The position numbers and the translations under genes are program-made. The notes below the pieces were generated by a model, which saw nothing but the letters and a program-made list of their open reading frames with translations, was not told the DNA's origin and made no database searches. Below are positions 43,206 through 55,317 of a stretch of DNA of 64,000 bases, piece by piece (the stretch's first letter is position 1; every line of letters begins with the position of its first letter). Source of the DNA: Cyanidioschyzon merolae (lineage: Eukaryota); assembly GCA_000091205.1 (NCBI GenBank), contig AP006486.2; one strand, written 5' to 3'.

Positions 43206-46200
43206 ATGTCAAAGCAGGAAAAATCCAGCGAAACTAGAAGCGCAGATGACAAGTCGCCAACGGCAGCGACTGGGAACTCCATGACACCAAGCGCTGGGAC
43301 AGCAGACACGGAAACACCTCTAGTAAGCTCTTCACAGGTTACGGACCAAGGGAGCGGTTCTGTTTCAAGTCGGATGCGGGATGAAGCGACGTTGTCCTCA
43401 ACCGGAAACGACTCGGCGAACGCAAGCGTGCAACCCGCGAGCGACGCCTCGGACTCGTTGCAGCAAGTCTCGGCCAGCTCGATGCCCAACGTCACAGGAT
43501 CCAACGACGACAAGAACCCAGCACATGTACAACAAACAACTTCTGGCGCTGGTCAGATGTCGAGCGGGCTGGAAGGATGCAACACTTCTGGCTCAGCAGC
43601 AGGTTCGAGTGCGCTCCCGCCACCACCAGATTCACCGGTTCCTGTCGAAGAGGCGGCATCACAGGTGCTATCCGCAGGACAAGCAGTGCCCGAGTCGGGC
43701 AAACGAACCCAGGCGTCTGAAGTCCAGTCAACAGCCACATTGTCAGCAGGTCGTGCTCGCGGAGTCAAAAGAGGACTCGAATCTGCGGAGCCAGACACGA
43801 AGAGCACGGTTGAAGAGGAACCTCCGGTGAAGACCCTTCGCCATGATGCTCACGAAAGATACGAAATTCATCGTGATCAAGAATCCTCTACAAAAGCGGC
43901 AGATGAGTCTTCATCGCCATCGTCCAGATTGGAGATACCGAATGCTCCAGTGCCGGCTGCGACGGGCGTACCACCTGTTCTACCAGGCGGTACCAGCGGT
44001 GAAGATGTGCCTGCTTTTACACCAAGCAAACCATCCCAAGCGTCCCCGCCGCTGTCGACACCGCAACCGGCTACGGCGGCAGGGAGCAGTGAGACATTGA
44101 GACCAGAGGACTCGACAGAGTCGGGGTATTCGACGCGCGATACCACCGAAAGACATCCGCTGCGGCGGCAGGAGGAAGCGCTTGCGAGAGCGCCGCGCCA
44201 GAACGTCAAGAGCACGATTCAACATCGTATGCAGGAAGAAGCGGAAGGAAACGACGGTGATGAATACCCAAGCGCGGAAATCAAGGACGGGATCGATGAT
44301 GAAGACGATGAAGAAGAAAGGGCAGACGACGACGATGACGATGCGGATGAGGAAGCCGATGAAGACGAAGACGAAGACGAAGATGACGAGGAAGACGAAG
44401 ATGAAGAGGAGCACAGCAGCCGCCGAAGACGTGGAGCGGCTCAGTTCTTGGAACTCGAGGCCGAAGTCGATGAAGGCGACGAGGAAGAAGAGGAAGATGA
44501 TGATATCCAAGACCTCGTCGCCGATGAAGACGAAGAATCCGCAGATGAAGAGGAGCTCGCTGCCGAGGAGCGGGAGGCCATCGCTCGCCGCGAACAACGT
44601 CGTCGAGCGGAGGCAGCGCTTCTGCAACGCGCCCAAACCGCTGAGGAGCTCGAAAAATTCGTCCAAGAACGTTACGGTGGCCTCGACGATGAAGACGAGG
44701 AGTCCGACCTCATCACCCGGGCGTTTCTTGAGGGTGCAGCTGGTGCTGCTGATGGATCAACAGCACGCCGTCGGCACGGTGCCGCATCCGACCTGGACGT
44801 GTTGCCGGTGCCGGCTGCCATGGCTCGCGGCAAGCCCCCGACCGACATCGAGCAACAGAGCCTCCTGCCAACAGTGCATGACCCGCGCTTGTTCCTGGTG
44901 AAATGTCGAACTGGTAAGGAAAAAGAAATGACCATCTGTCTCTTGCAGAAATGCGTTGACCGGGCGAATCAGGGTCAACCTCTGGCGATCACCGGCATCG
45001 TGGCACCGGATCATCTGCGCGGTTGCCTCTACATTGAGGCACCACGTGAAAACGATGTCCGAGACGCCATCAAAGGACTCCATCATCTGTACCAGACCAA
45101 GATTACGCTGGTCCCGTTGAAAGAGATGGTAGAGGTCGTCTCTGTACGACCCACAACGGAGCGTCAGAAGCTCATTCCAGGCCAATGGGTGCGTCTACGT
45201 CGTGGCCTCTACGCTGGGGATCTGGCACAAGTCTATCAAATTCGAGAAGATCAAGTTATCGTTCGCTTGGTACCGCGTCTGGACTTGACGGCGTTGGCGC
45301 GGAAACCGCGCTACGGTGCCGTCGATGCCGTCGACCGAGACGATATGGAAAACGTGGACGATGCCGCTACAAAAGGTGCTCCTTCACGTCAAGTCGGAGA
45401 AGCTGCCGCAGCACGCCGCGGTGGATCGCGGACGTCCGGCGTGCGTCCACCGCGGAAACTCTTTGATCGAGACCAGGTCGCTCGTATCCTTCACGTGAAT
45501 GTGTTTGCGAGACGTGATTCGCGCACCGGTGAGTGGTTTGACGAGTTCGAAAACGATCAGTTTCGTTACGGTCTTTTATACAAACGCGTCTCTCGAAAGA
45601 ATATCATTCATGGAGCAGCGATGACGCCGCCCAGCATCGACGAGCTGGAGCCGTTCCAGGAAGCGGAGCGTCAGGCGCAAGTTGCTGCTGCCGCCGCCGC
45701 CGCCGCCGCTGATGATGATAATGATAATGATAGTGATGATGATGATAATGATGATGCTGGTGCTGGTATCAGCGATAAAGCGTCTGACGACTCGCTTGCC
45801 GCAGCGGCGACGGTGCAGCGGTTCACCAGTGGTATCGACGCCATAGCAAGCGGTACCAGTACACCTGCAGCGGACATGGAAGCGTTTCGCGCTTCATCTG
45901 CTCTGGTGGCTGCAACACAAGCGGTCACCGCTACCGCTGCGGATGCCAATCGTCATCGTTTTCGCAAAGGGGATCGTGTACGCGTTCGACGCGGTGACCT
46001 GCGGAACCTCATCGGCATCGTGGATAGCGTCCTGCCCGACGCTCGAGTCCTCATACAACCGACCCCAGCGACAGGTGAGCACGATGCCTCGACGACACCG
46101 GCGTCAGTTCAGGTGTTGGCGGCAGACCTGGAAAAGTACTTTGCCATCGGGGATCATGTGCGGATATCCGCTGGCAAACATGCCGGTCTCACTGGCCTCG

Positions 46201-47827
46201 TTGTGGCTACCGCGTACCAGGACCAGGACACTGACAAGAGCACCGACAACGCCGACAACGACAATGATGCACAAGCGTCGGTAACCGTGCTCGCCGATGT
46301 AACAAACGAGGTCGTACGCGTCTCCGCGCACCTGCTCAGCGAGTCCAGTGGAGAGCAGAGCGCTGCTACAGCCGCCAAGTTGATTGCCGGTGGCCTGTAC
46401 CATCTCTTCGATCTGGTGACACTGCACTCGGAGCCGCGGCATGCCTGGTTGATCCTGCGTAGCCTGCTGGGGCACGCCTCATCTACCGACCTGATGGCGA
46501 ACGGTGCAAACGGCACGATGCTGAGCGCACGCGGTGCTGTAGCACTTGCACAGGCCGCTGTAGAACGCGTTCAGGTGATGAACGAAGTCGGAGAAATCAA
46601 GACGGTCAGTGTTCAGGATATTCGCGGACGTCGCGATGGGAGCACGGCTCGCACTAGCCAGCTGCGTACCCTGGATGCCGCCCAGCAACCGGTTGGAGCT
46701 GGTGATGCAGTTCGCATCGTCGGTGCCCGACATCCGCACCGTAACCGCGAAGCGCTTGTGATGTATGTGTTTGGGAATCGCCTTTTTCTGCGTATTCGTG
46801 AGCATCTCGATAACGCAGGTATGGTGGTTGCAAGCGGCAGCGAAGTGCAGCGGCTGACACAGGCGCCTGCAGCCGAGGTGAACGCTTCGGGAGCCGGCAC
46901 CGTGTCGACGTCGTTGCCGTTCGTTGCACCGACAAGTGGTTGGCGTCCATCGATGGGCACTGCGTTTGGACGCGGTGGTATCGGGAGCGGGGGGCTCGGT
47001 AACAGCACCGCGCCCTTATCATCGTCGAGAGCACCGTTTGGGGGTAGTGATTCGGGCCGGAAGCCGACGCCTGGTGCAGTACGCGGTGGTGGTCGTGGTG
47101 GTGGTGGTGGTGATCCGCTTCTGCACCGCTGGGTAGCGGTGACGCGGGGTCCGCACAAGGGCCTCTCCGGACGCGTTCTAGATGCTTCGGATACGAGTGT
47201 GCGCCTGGAACTGGAGTCATCGATGAAGACGATTACGGTGGCACGGGATGCGGTACGCCTACGTGCAGAGGCCAGTTCAGCAGCGACGAGTGCTGCTCTG
47301 GGACGTGCATCGGTCATCGGGGGTCTCTATGGCCCCGGACTCGTAACAGGGCTTGCGGGACAGAGCGCTTACGGACTCGGTATGGCTACTGGTGCCTATG
47401 GACAAGCGTCTTTGGTGACGGGCACGCCTGGTGCGACCTCATCGCTGGCCGCTGTTGGTGCAGGCGTTGCCTCCGCGAGGACCCCGTTGCAGGGTTGGCA
47501 ACCTAACAACCAGGTTGCCGGGATGCAGCGTACCCCAGCGATGGATGCTTCGTATGCGACGGTACCCGTGACGCCGTACGCTTCGGCACTGACGGCAACG
47601 CCACTACATCCCTCGGTTCCTATGACACCGGCTCACGAGTTCGGAGGTACGGCAGCGGGTGGCGCTTCTGCTCGTGGTGGTGGTGCCAGCGATGTCTGGC
47701 GTCCGATGACACCGGCACACGTTCCTGAGGCGTTTGCCAGTGTACGGCCGTCGACGCCCATGCATCCCGCGGTGGACGCGCAGCGGCCAACGAGCGTCAA
47801 GGCTGCAGTAGACGACGGCGCCAGTGA

Positions 47828-47878
<51 letters not shown>

Positions 47879-48407
47879 TGGAGCAGCTGCCGCGGGCCCC
47901 GGCCCAGTCGCAATGTCGTCGGAATGCAACCCGGCGACACCAGACACACCAGACGCAGTCACACCAGCGCCACCAACGACAACGACAATACGAAAAGTAC
48001 CAGAATCAGTGCCGGGCGCGTTTACAGTATCTTCGGTGCCATCCTACTGGCTTGGGGCGGTCATGCGTGACAAGCGTGCGGGCAATCGTCTCGTGGTTGT
48101 TTGCGGTTTACCGTCCGAAGAATCCGGATCATGGCTGGTCAAAGCGTATGATCAACAACAAGACGCCGCATCGAAGCACACTGAACAGGAGGCATCCAAG
48201 GCAGAGGCACGCGCTCGAACCGAGCTCGAACCGGTAGCGCCCGATCCCGGCGATACCCTCGTTGTGTACCAGGGAGACCTCGAGGGTGTCCTTGGTGTCT
48301 GCATCCACGTGGACGAGGACGGTGACTGCATGTTCAAGGAACACGGTACGCAAGAGCTGCGTGTCGTTGGCGTGAACCAGGCAATCCGACGCATCTCCAC
48401 AGCCTAA
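43206..48407 (+). CDS. SPT5: Transcription elongation factor SPT5 homolog (acidic N-terminus, NGN domain, KOW repeats, long low-complexity C-terminal region)
   Basis: ATG 43206. Acidic D/E block (44290-44540). NGN: LFLVKCRTGKEKEMTICLLQKC…ITGIVAPDHLRGCLYIEAPRENDVRDAIKGLHHLYQ. KOW: GQWVRLRRGLYAGDLAQVYQI, RKGDRVRVRRGDLRNLIGIVDSV, IGDHVRISAGKHAGLTGLVV, GDAVRIVGARHPHRNREALV, RWVAVTRGPHKGLSGRVLD. (GA)n is encoded by (GCAGGA)n at 47829-47885. Confidence 0.8.
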
Positions 48408-48636
48408 CCAACGAAACGCTGGGAAACGTGCGGTAAGAAGGCGCTTCCGAGCGGGTAAAGATGTGTTTTACACCAAGTTTGCCTCGTGGTGTCCGAAGTG
48501 AACACCACCACATACCATGTACGATCTTCGCTATCGTCCTCGTCGTTGCCGTAACGTTGCGACCGCGGCCAATACCCCAACAGCATCAGCGTTCATCGCT
48601 GAAGAAGCGTGCACCGCGTCGTACCGTTTCTGCTTT

Positions 48637-49287
<651 letters not shown>

Positions 49288-49295
49288 TTAGGGAT

Positions 49296-49685
49296 ACAGG
49301 AATGGATCTATAGAATACATATCCAATGGAAAGGATACTGGAGGGATACAGGAATAGATCTATAGAATGCAGATCCAATGGGAAGGATACAGGAGGGATA
49401 TCGGAATGGATCTATAGAATACAGATCCACTGGGAAGGATACTGGAGGAATACAGGAATGGATCTATAGAATGCAGATCCAATGGAAAGGATACTGGAGG
49501 GATATCGGAATGGATCTATAGAATACAGATCCACTGGGAAGGATACTGGAGGGATATCGGAATGGATCTATAGAATACAGATCCACTGGGAAGGATACTG
49601 GAGGGATATCGGAATGGATCTATAGAATACAGATCCACTGGGAAGGATACTGGAGGGATATCGGAATGGATCTATAGAATGGGGG
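49296..49685. repeat. Minisatellite, ~7.5 copies of a 52-bp unit (ggatctatagaatacagatccactgggaaggatactggagggatatcggaat)
   Basis: The gatc landmarks recur at 49305, 49357, 49409, 49461, 49514, 49565, 49617 and 49669 (period 51-53), with minor variants. Confidence 0.85.
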
Positions 49686-49893
49686 AGGATATAAGAGGCA
49701 TATCGGAAGAATAAGAGGTCTAGAAGGAATGGGAGAATAGAAGGGATAGGAAGCGTGCCCTCTAGATTTTCTGAGATGATCGCGTGACGCTCATGCGTGT
49801 AAGCGCGCAGGTGCCGTAAACGTGCGCATACGTGTCCCAGTGTTCCAGGGCCGGTGCGCTGCGTCATGTATTGCGTTTGCGCGGAGAAGCAGT

Positions 49894-49951
49894 GTGCGTG
49901 TATGCGTGTGTGCGTGTATGCATGTATGCGTGTATGCGTGTATGCGTGCAT
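49894..49951. repeat. Microsatellite (GCGTGTAT)n, imperfect
   Basis: gtgcgtgtatgcgtgtgtgcgtgtatgcatgtatgcgtgtatgcgtgtatgcgtgcat. Confidence 0.8.
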
Positions 49952-50203
49952 AGGTGTTGAAGGTCACCAAATTCCATGCATGAGGACGGACATGGGTGTC
50001 GTGGACTTGTAACCTCTTTCTCTTGAGCGCTATGGAGCTTTTTGATAGGTTTCTTTGATTCTGTCTCGTTACCAGGAAAAGAACATGTGCTGCTCCTTGA
50101 AGACGGACAGGTATGTGTCTACGCTCGTGTGTATGCGTGTTGCACCTACTGTATGCAACTAGCTAAAACGGAACTACACAATTCGGGTAGCGTCTAGTTA
50201 CAC

Positions 50204-50223
50204 TGTGTGTGTGTGTGTGTGTG
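50204..50223. repeat. (TG)10 microsatellite
   Basis: cactgtgtgtgtgtgtgtgtgtgac. Confidence 0.85.
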
Positions 50224-50931
50224 ACTTGGTGATCACCAGTTGGTGGGTGCGCGCTCACTCTAGCGCTGGGGCATACTGGCGACTGCAGCAGCGCCCAGGA
50301 ACGTGCAAGCAGCTATGCAAGAGCAGTGGTGGCGATGACGGCGGCATCGTCTCCAGTTGCTCGGTACCTTGGGCAGCGGCGCGACGCGGGGTCACGCTGT
50401 TGTACCGCGGAGGCGGAGGAGCCTGGACAACGACGCGTGCGACATACCCGATGCGTTGCGTTGCACATCTTGACGGCAATTGTTGGTGCTGGTGCTGGTG
50501 CTGGTGCTGGAAGCTTTATGGAGCGTTCCGCGCGTGCCCTAGACGCTATGCGTGTAAGCGTATGGACCACATCCGTTGCGACGCATAGACATAGAGACAC
50601 AAGCTCTGGCGCATACAAAGTGCGAGCGCGCACAACGCGCTACCGGCTTTCGCGAAGAGCCTCGTGTATAGAGTCGTGCGGCTAGCACACGCGCAAGTAC
50701 AGCGGATGCAGCGCTGCGGAGACGCTGCCAGCACACCCTGGCTGCCAACTGGGACCTATCTGCGGTCATAGGCTGGCATCATGAGTTGATGCATCTGGAT
50801 AGCGTGCTCGTCAGTCGATCGATTGGAATGAAAGCAAGTACGCGAGCGTTTGCCGCGTGCTTGCCATTGCTGTTTGACGCTGCACAAGTCGTCGTCGTAG
50901 GGACGTCGAATGCCGCTGCGTGTCAACGGTG

Positions 50932-53900
50932 TCACCTGTGCACGTCGCTCGGTGAATTGGTGGACGTTGCCGCTGACGTGGGCGCCTCGCACGGCTCCAC
51001 CAGCGACCGTCCAGCCGATTGAAAGGTCACTTGTATCGCTCGAGCGAGACGGTTTGCAGACACCCTGAGCAGCGACCCAGGCTTGGCCTGTTCGCGAGTT
51101 GTTAGGGCCCAGCATAGCAGCGCTCGGAGCACAGCGTCCGCATCCGCAGCCACAGCATCGCCCGGATCTGGTACAGTGGCCAGCAGTGCTGCGCCAATAT
51201 GCCGCACCAGTTCAATGGCGGTACGCAACGCCGACTCCTGCCAGGCCAGATCGTTTGCCCGCTGGGCGGCGCAGTCGAGCAGCAGGTGCGCCTGCGCGCA
51301 GGCCTCGTGATGGCCGACTCCACCGGCACCAGTTGCTGTAGCTGTAGCTGGAGCTGTAGGAGCTGCGCGATTCCGCCAGGAGACGCGTACTTGGCGCAAC
51401 GCTTCCAAGCTCTCCGGGTTCAACAGCTGCAGTTGCGTTCGCGCGGGAGACCGCTGGCGAGGTGCTGGCGACCTCAGTCGCACAGGCGACACGGCATCCG
51501 TGGACGCCAGCGCAAGCTGACAATGCAGTCGATGCCGATTCGCGATTGCCGGGCTCCTGGGTAAATGTGCGGCATTGTTTGAATCGAGCATCGTCTCTGG
51601 GCTACACGGTGTCGGTGTCGTTGTCGTTGTCGTTGCTGTCTTCACCAGCGGCGCCCACAGAATCGGATCTGCGCGACTGCGAAGCGTCTCCAACAACTGA
51701 GCAGCAGCACGGCGCACCAGAGGCTGTTTGATCTGCGTCCGATCGTGCAGAACGTGAAGACGCGCCACGAGCGCTGAAAGAGCGTCTCGTCCAGTTGGTG
51801 CATTGCAACCGAGCAGAGCGCGTTGCCATGCGACCAGCTCGGGCTCCGTCGCTCGGAAGCAGGCATCCAGAAACAGCAATGTACGCTCAGCGAGACGTGG
51901 ATGCGCATTCTCCGCAGCATTACGCAACGGCTCCATCGAGCAATGTCGCAAAAAGAGCCGCAAGCCTGCGTCCAGCGCCAGGCGTGGTATGAAAGCAACC
52001 AGAATAGGCTGGGTACGCGGCCACTGATTCAACAGCCTGCCCAGTAGCGGGTACGCGTGGAGTGCCTGTTCCAGATCCGTGGCGGCGAGCATGTCTGGAA
52101 CAAGAGCCAGGATTGCTAGCAGCACCCGCTCCGTCTGTTGGAGCACGCTGTGCTGCTTCTCAGCGAGACAGCGATGCAGACAGGCAATCAGCTCCTGGAT
52201 GAGCTCGAAAGGCACGGTATCGCATGTCGCTTGACCTGGCGTTGCTGCTGCTGCCGCTGCTGCCGATGCTGCTGCTGATGCGCTGCGCTGGCGACAAAAC
52301 TCCTCCTCCAGCGCAATGAGCGCGTCTAGGCGTCTGCGCCAGTCGGCACCGGCATCCTCAATTCTGGTTACCAGCAGCTGCAGCGCCGTTCCTCGACAGC
52401 AGCCATCTCCGTCCTGGGCCATAGCCTCGGCCGCTGGCACTGCGTACTCGTCCGCGTCATCGTTGTCGTCGTTGTCATGCTCTCGCTGACACACCGGAGC
52501 CAGCGCTGGCTCGCCAAGTGGCGACTGAGCCGCCACCGTGCGCCTTGCTGGACGCCATTTTGCGGCAAGTGGTAGCATAGGCTCTGCTGCTGCTGCTGCT
52601 GCTGCTGGCGCTCGGCCTGCTCGTTGGTACTCGCGACTCGGGACCCAGGCCTGCTCGCAAGGCCGCTCTGGCGATGTGGCTGCAGGTGGATGCCCGCTCA
52701 GCAGACGCGCGTGTCGTCGCACCCGATCAACGTTTTCATCTGCTGACTCCCTGCCCACACCAACTCGGAGCGCTCCACCGAGGGCGCGCGTGGGCACCCG
52801 ACCCACGCCAGACCAGTCGTCTGACTGCGCACAGCTTCCAAGACTCGCGCCATGCGCCGACTTTCGGGTAGCTGCCGCTTCAAATGGACTCTGGTTCTCC
52901 TTGTTCATCACGTGTCTCTGTGTTGTTTGCTCCGGATGCGAGAGAGATTCGCACACGGCGGCATAAAGTTCGGAAAAGAGCGCGTGCTGATGCTCGTCGC
53001 CCGACGCTGCTCTCGACGGCGAACGCAGCGCAATGGACTCACTGTTCTCCCGGGGACAATGTTCCATCAGCGTGCGCCGCGTGCACTGACGAAGCGCTTG
53101 CAGAACATCCCGTTCCAGCGACTGGTTCACGAACGCAACGAGTCGAGGCATTCCACTTGCGCCTCGGTAGCGTGAACTGTGCGCGTCAGATCGAGCCGAT
53201 GCGCGCAAGGCTTGCCAGCACAGGAAAGCGACGTAACGCCAAAAAGCGTGGCGCATGCGAGCACGCACACAAGCGGAGGCGTCTTCAAGGCCCGTACGCA
53301 GCGCTCGGCGCCATTCTTCCGCATGACGCTCGATGTCAAAGGCAGGTTGTCTCGCCAACGCGACGTATAGCAACTCGGCTGTGATTTCGCGGAGGCTTGT
53401 GGCGCTTTTCTGGTCCTGCAGACCCTGGAACAGAAAGATTACTGAACGTCCGAGTCGTGCGTGTTCCACGATGCAGCGCAAGGCCTGCCGCGCACTATCC
53501 GCAATCACGGCAATGGTAACGATGGAGGCACGAAGAAGCGAAGGTACCAGCACCAAGCCGAGCGTGTCAGCGAAGGCGTCGCCCAGCGCGCGTGCTAGCG
53601 TGGCTGATGTTGCACAGGCATGGCGCACGACCTGGGAGCGCAGGTCCTGGATCTGTTCCACGAGGGCGTAGCGCAGACTCGACTGGCGCAGGAATTCGGC
53701 AAGGTCGGCACGCGACAATCGCTGTGCCCGTTCTTCAATGAAGACGAGGGCTTCGACACGTTTTTCCCAGTCGGCCGCCGGTTTGATGTGCAGTACTTGC
53801 ACAGCGTTCTCCAGCTGCGACCATAAAACGACCTCTGTGGTTGCCGTGGAATCCATGGTGTCCTTGAGGCGGCATTCTGACTGCTGTTGTGCCGCCGCCG

Positions 53901-55158
53901 CCACCACCACCGTCGTCTCTATCGCTTCCATTGCATCCACCGTAGCAGCAGCAGCAGCAGCACTTTGGACGCCAGCACCATTGCCAGCGTCAGACGCACC
54001 GACAGCGTGACTTGCTCTGCGCAGTGCGCGGCGTCTTTCAGTGCTGCAGTTGCGTTCAGCGTCTAGTGCTTCGCTACTGTGATCGGTTGCCGCTGCAGGC
54101 TCCTGAACATGCGCAGCGAGACGCTTCTCCAGGTCATGTACCAGATGCAGCGCACGTTCCATCGTCGCAAGGATTCCAGGCAGCGCTATCTTCTGATCGG
54201 GAACGGCGAAGCGCGCGTTCATCGTTTCAATAGCGGACCCCAGACGTCGCTGCAGTTCTCGCACCAGCACCATGATCGATTCCGGTGCGGCGGAATGTGC
54301 TACAACGGCGGTGTCCACTCCGTCCAGAAGCGCATGGAGGCGGTCAAGCGCCCATTCGAGCGCAGCCTGAGCGGTCTCTTGTTGGCTGGGCCAGAGCATG
54401 CGCACGACGACCTTAGCAATGGCGGTGCAGACCTGTCGAGCGACTTCGCCATTTGGTACTCGGCATAACGCATGAGAAAGCAAACGCCCCAGACTCTGCA
54501 ATGCACATCGCAACGCAACACCGCAACGAGGGTCTCGTGGCTCGTCAGCCTGGCCGAAAGCGCGTACGATCGCTGGTATCCAGCGCAGGAGACATTTCAC
54601 GACTGCTACCGGCATGCTTCGTTGCGTCTGACGTGCGATGAGTTCTAGGGTATCTGCCCAGAACGTCCAGAACGCCCGCGTCATGCCTGCAGCCGGCGAC
54701 GTCTGGCCGGCAGTCGCCCCTGGCGCGGTGCCTGTTTCCCGCTGGCGCCAGTACGCCAACGTTGCATCAAAAACGTACTCAATCAAGAACACGGGAAGAG
54801 CATCGGTCGCCGTTTCACGATCAACTTCATCAACAGGCACATAGAGAATGTCCGGCTGCTCGCAGAGGTGCTCACGGAACGCCGCCCAGCTGCCGAGCGT
54901 GCTGAACGTTTTAACCTGGAGCTCAAAATCGTACAAGCACTCACAAAACGAAAGAATCTTGGATACCTTATCAACCACAGCACGCACTGGCGTCGGGGGT
55001 TGCGGCGAGCGCTTCTCTGTTCCCAATTGTCGCTGCAGCTCTGCGTCGACTCGCACTTGTCCCTCGGACTGCACCAGAGCAGACGCCACTGATGCTGGAG
55101 CCGCGTCCCGAACGCTCCGGTCGTTCGGTTCCACGGAACCTCCAGAACACGGAGCCAT
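50932..55158 (-). CDS. Large (≈1400 aa) alpha-helical repeat protein (HEAT/ARM- or TOG-like), function unknown
   Basis: Uninterrupted minus ORF. The first ATG is at 55158 (MAPCSGG…); the track starts at GTG 55275. Many Leu/Ala-rich helix pairs recur (e.g. DWEKRVEALVFIEERAQRL…LAEFLRQSSLRYALVEQIQDLRSQVV…LVPSLLRASIVTIAVIADSARQALRCIVEHAR), plus poly-Ala tracts. Confidence 0.55.
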   Translation of the reverse strand: MAPCSGGSVEPNDRSVRDAAPASVASALVQSEGQVRVDAELQRQLGTEKRSPQPPTPVRAVVDKVSKILSFCECLYDFELQVKTFSTLGSWAAFREHLCEQPDILYVPVDEVDRETATDALPVFLIEYVFDATLAYWRQRETGTAPGATAGQTSPAAGMTRAFWTFWADTLELIARQTQRSMPVAVVKCLLRWIPAIVRAFGQADEPRDPRCGVALRCALQSLGRLLSHALCRVPNGEVARQVCTAIAKVVVRMLWPSQQETAQAALEWALDRLHALLDGVDTAVVAHSAAPESIMVLVRELQRRLGSAIETMNARFAVPDQKIALPGILATMERALHLVHDLEKRLAAHVQEPAAATDHSSEALDAERNCSTERRRALRRASHAVGASDAGNGAGVQSAAAAAATVDAMEAIETTVVVAAAAQQQSECRLKDTMDSTATTEVVLWSQLENAVQVLHIKPAADWEKRVEALVFIEERAQRLSRADLAEFLRQSSLRYALVEQIQDLRSQVVRHACATSATLARALGDAFADTLGLVLVPSLLRASIVTIAVIADSARQALRCIVEHARLGRSVIFLFQGLQDQKSATSLREITAELLYVALARQPAFDIERHAEEWRRALRTGLEDASACVRARMRHAFWRYVAFLCWQALRASARSDAHSSRYRGASGMPRLVAFVNQSLERDVLQALRQCTRRTLMEHCPRENSESIALRSPSRAASGDEHQHALFSELYAAVCESLSHPEQTTQRHVMNKENQSPFEAAATRKSAHGASLGSCAQSDDWSGVGRVPTRALGGALRVGVGRESADENVDRVRRHARLLSGHPPAATSPERPCEQAWVPSREYQRAGRAPAAAAAAAEPMLPLAAKWRPARRTVAAQSPLGEPALAPVCQREHDNDDNDDADEYAVPAAEAMAQDGDGCCRGTALQLLVTRIEDAGADWRRRLDALIALEEEFCRQRSASAAASAAAAAAATPGQATCDTVPFELIQELIACLHRCLAEKQHSVLQQTERVLLAILALVPDMLAATDLEQALHAYPLLGRLLNQWPRTQPILVAFIPRLALDAGLRLFLRHCSMEPLRNAAENAHPRLAERTLLFLDACFRATEPELVAWQRALLGCNAPTGRDALSALVARLHVLHDRTQIKQPLVRRAAAQLLETLRSRADPILWAPLVKTATTTTTTPTPCSPETMLDSNNAAHLPRSPAIANRHRLHCQLALASTDAVSPVRLRSPAPRQRSPARTQLQLLNPESLEALRQVRVSWRNRAAPTAPATATATGAGGVGHHEACAQAHLLLDCAAQRANDLAWQESALRTAIELVRHIGAALLATVPDPGDAVAADADAVLRALLCWALTTREQAKPGSLLRVSANRLARAIQVTFQSAGRSLVEPCEAPTSAATSTNSPSDVHR

Positions 55159-55284
55159 TATACCAAGCGTCGTCGTGAAAGCAGCTCGTTTGACTTTTAT
55201 CTGTAAACGTTTAAGAAGAGCGATTTTGCGGTAAGCGCCTTGGTGATGTGTCAAGCACCAGTCCGTGGACAGCACTGAAGGTCA

Positions 55285-55317
55285 ACACGCATACACGCAT
55301 ACACGCATACACGCATC
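55285..55317. repeat. Microsatellite (ACGCATAC)4, the reverse complement of the GTATGCGT unit at 49894-49951
   Basis: cacgcatacacgcatacacgcatacacgcatcc. Confidence 0.8.

Noticed and set aside
43381-47962. Numerous long overlapping and antisense ORFs inside the GC-rich genes (e.g. 43381-43830, 43980-44666 minus, 46613-47317 minus, 51099-51341, 58534-58968, 59155-59565)
   Set aside because: Low-complexity, Arg/Ala/Pro-rich translations typical of out-of-frame reading of GC-rich coding DNA. The sense frames carry unambiguous conserved domains.
49296-49685. The regular 52-bp tandem array, as a CRISPR-like structure
   Set aside because: Units are contiguous near-identical copies with no unique spacers, and the genome is eukaryotic. 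It is a minisatellite.
55159-55275. The ORF-track N-terminal extensions (e.g. 55275, 62884, 9957, 25550, 27555, 22797, 38598) begin with M
   Set aside because: Inspection shows these begin at GTG or TTG, because the track uses bacterial-style alternative starts. For the eukaryotic genes I moved the start to the first in-frame ATG, which also matches ortholog N-termini (COPA MLVSFESK…, [13 protein letters not shown]…).
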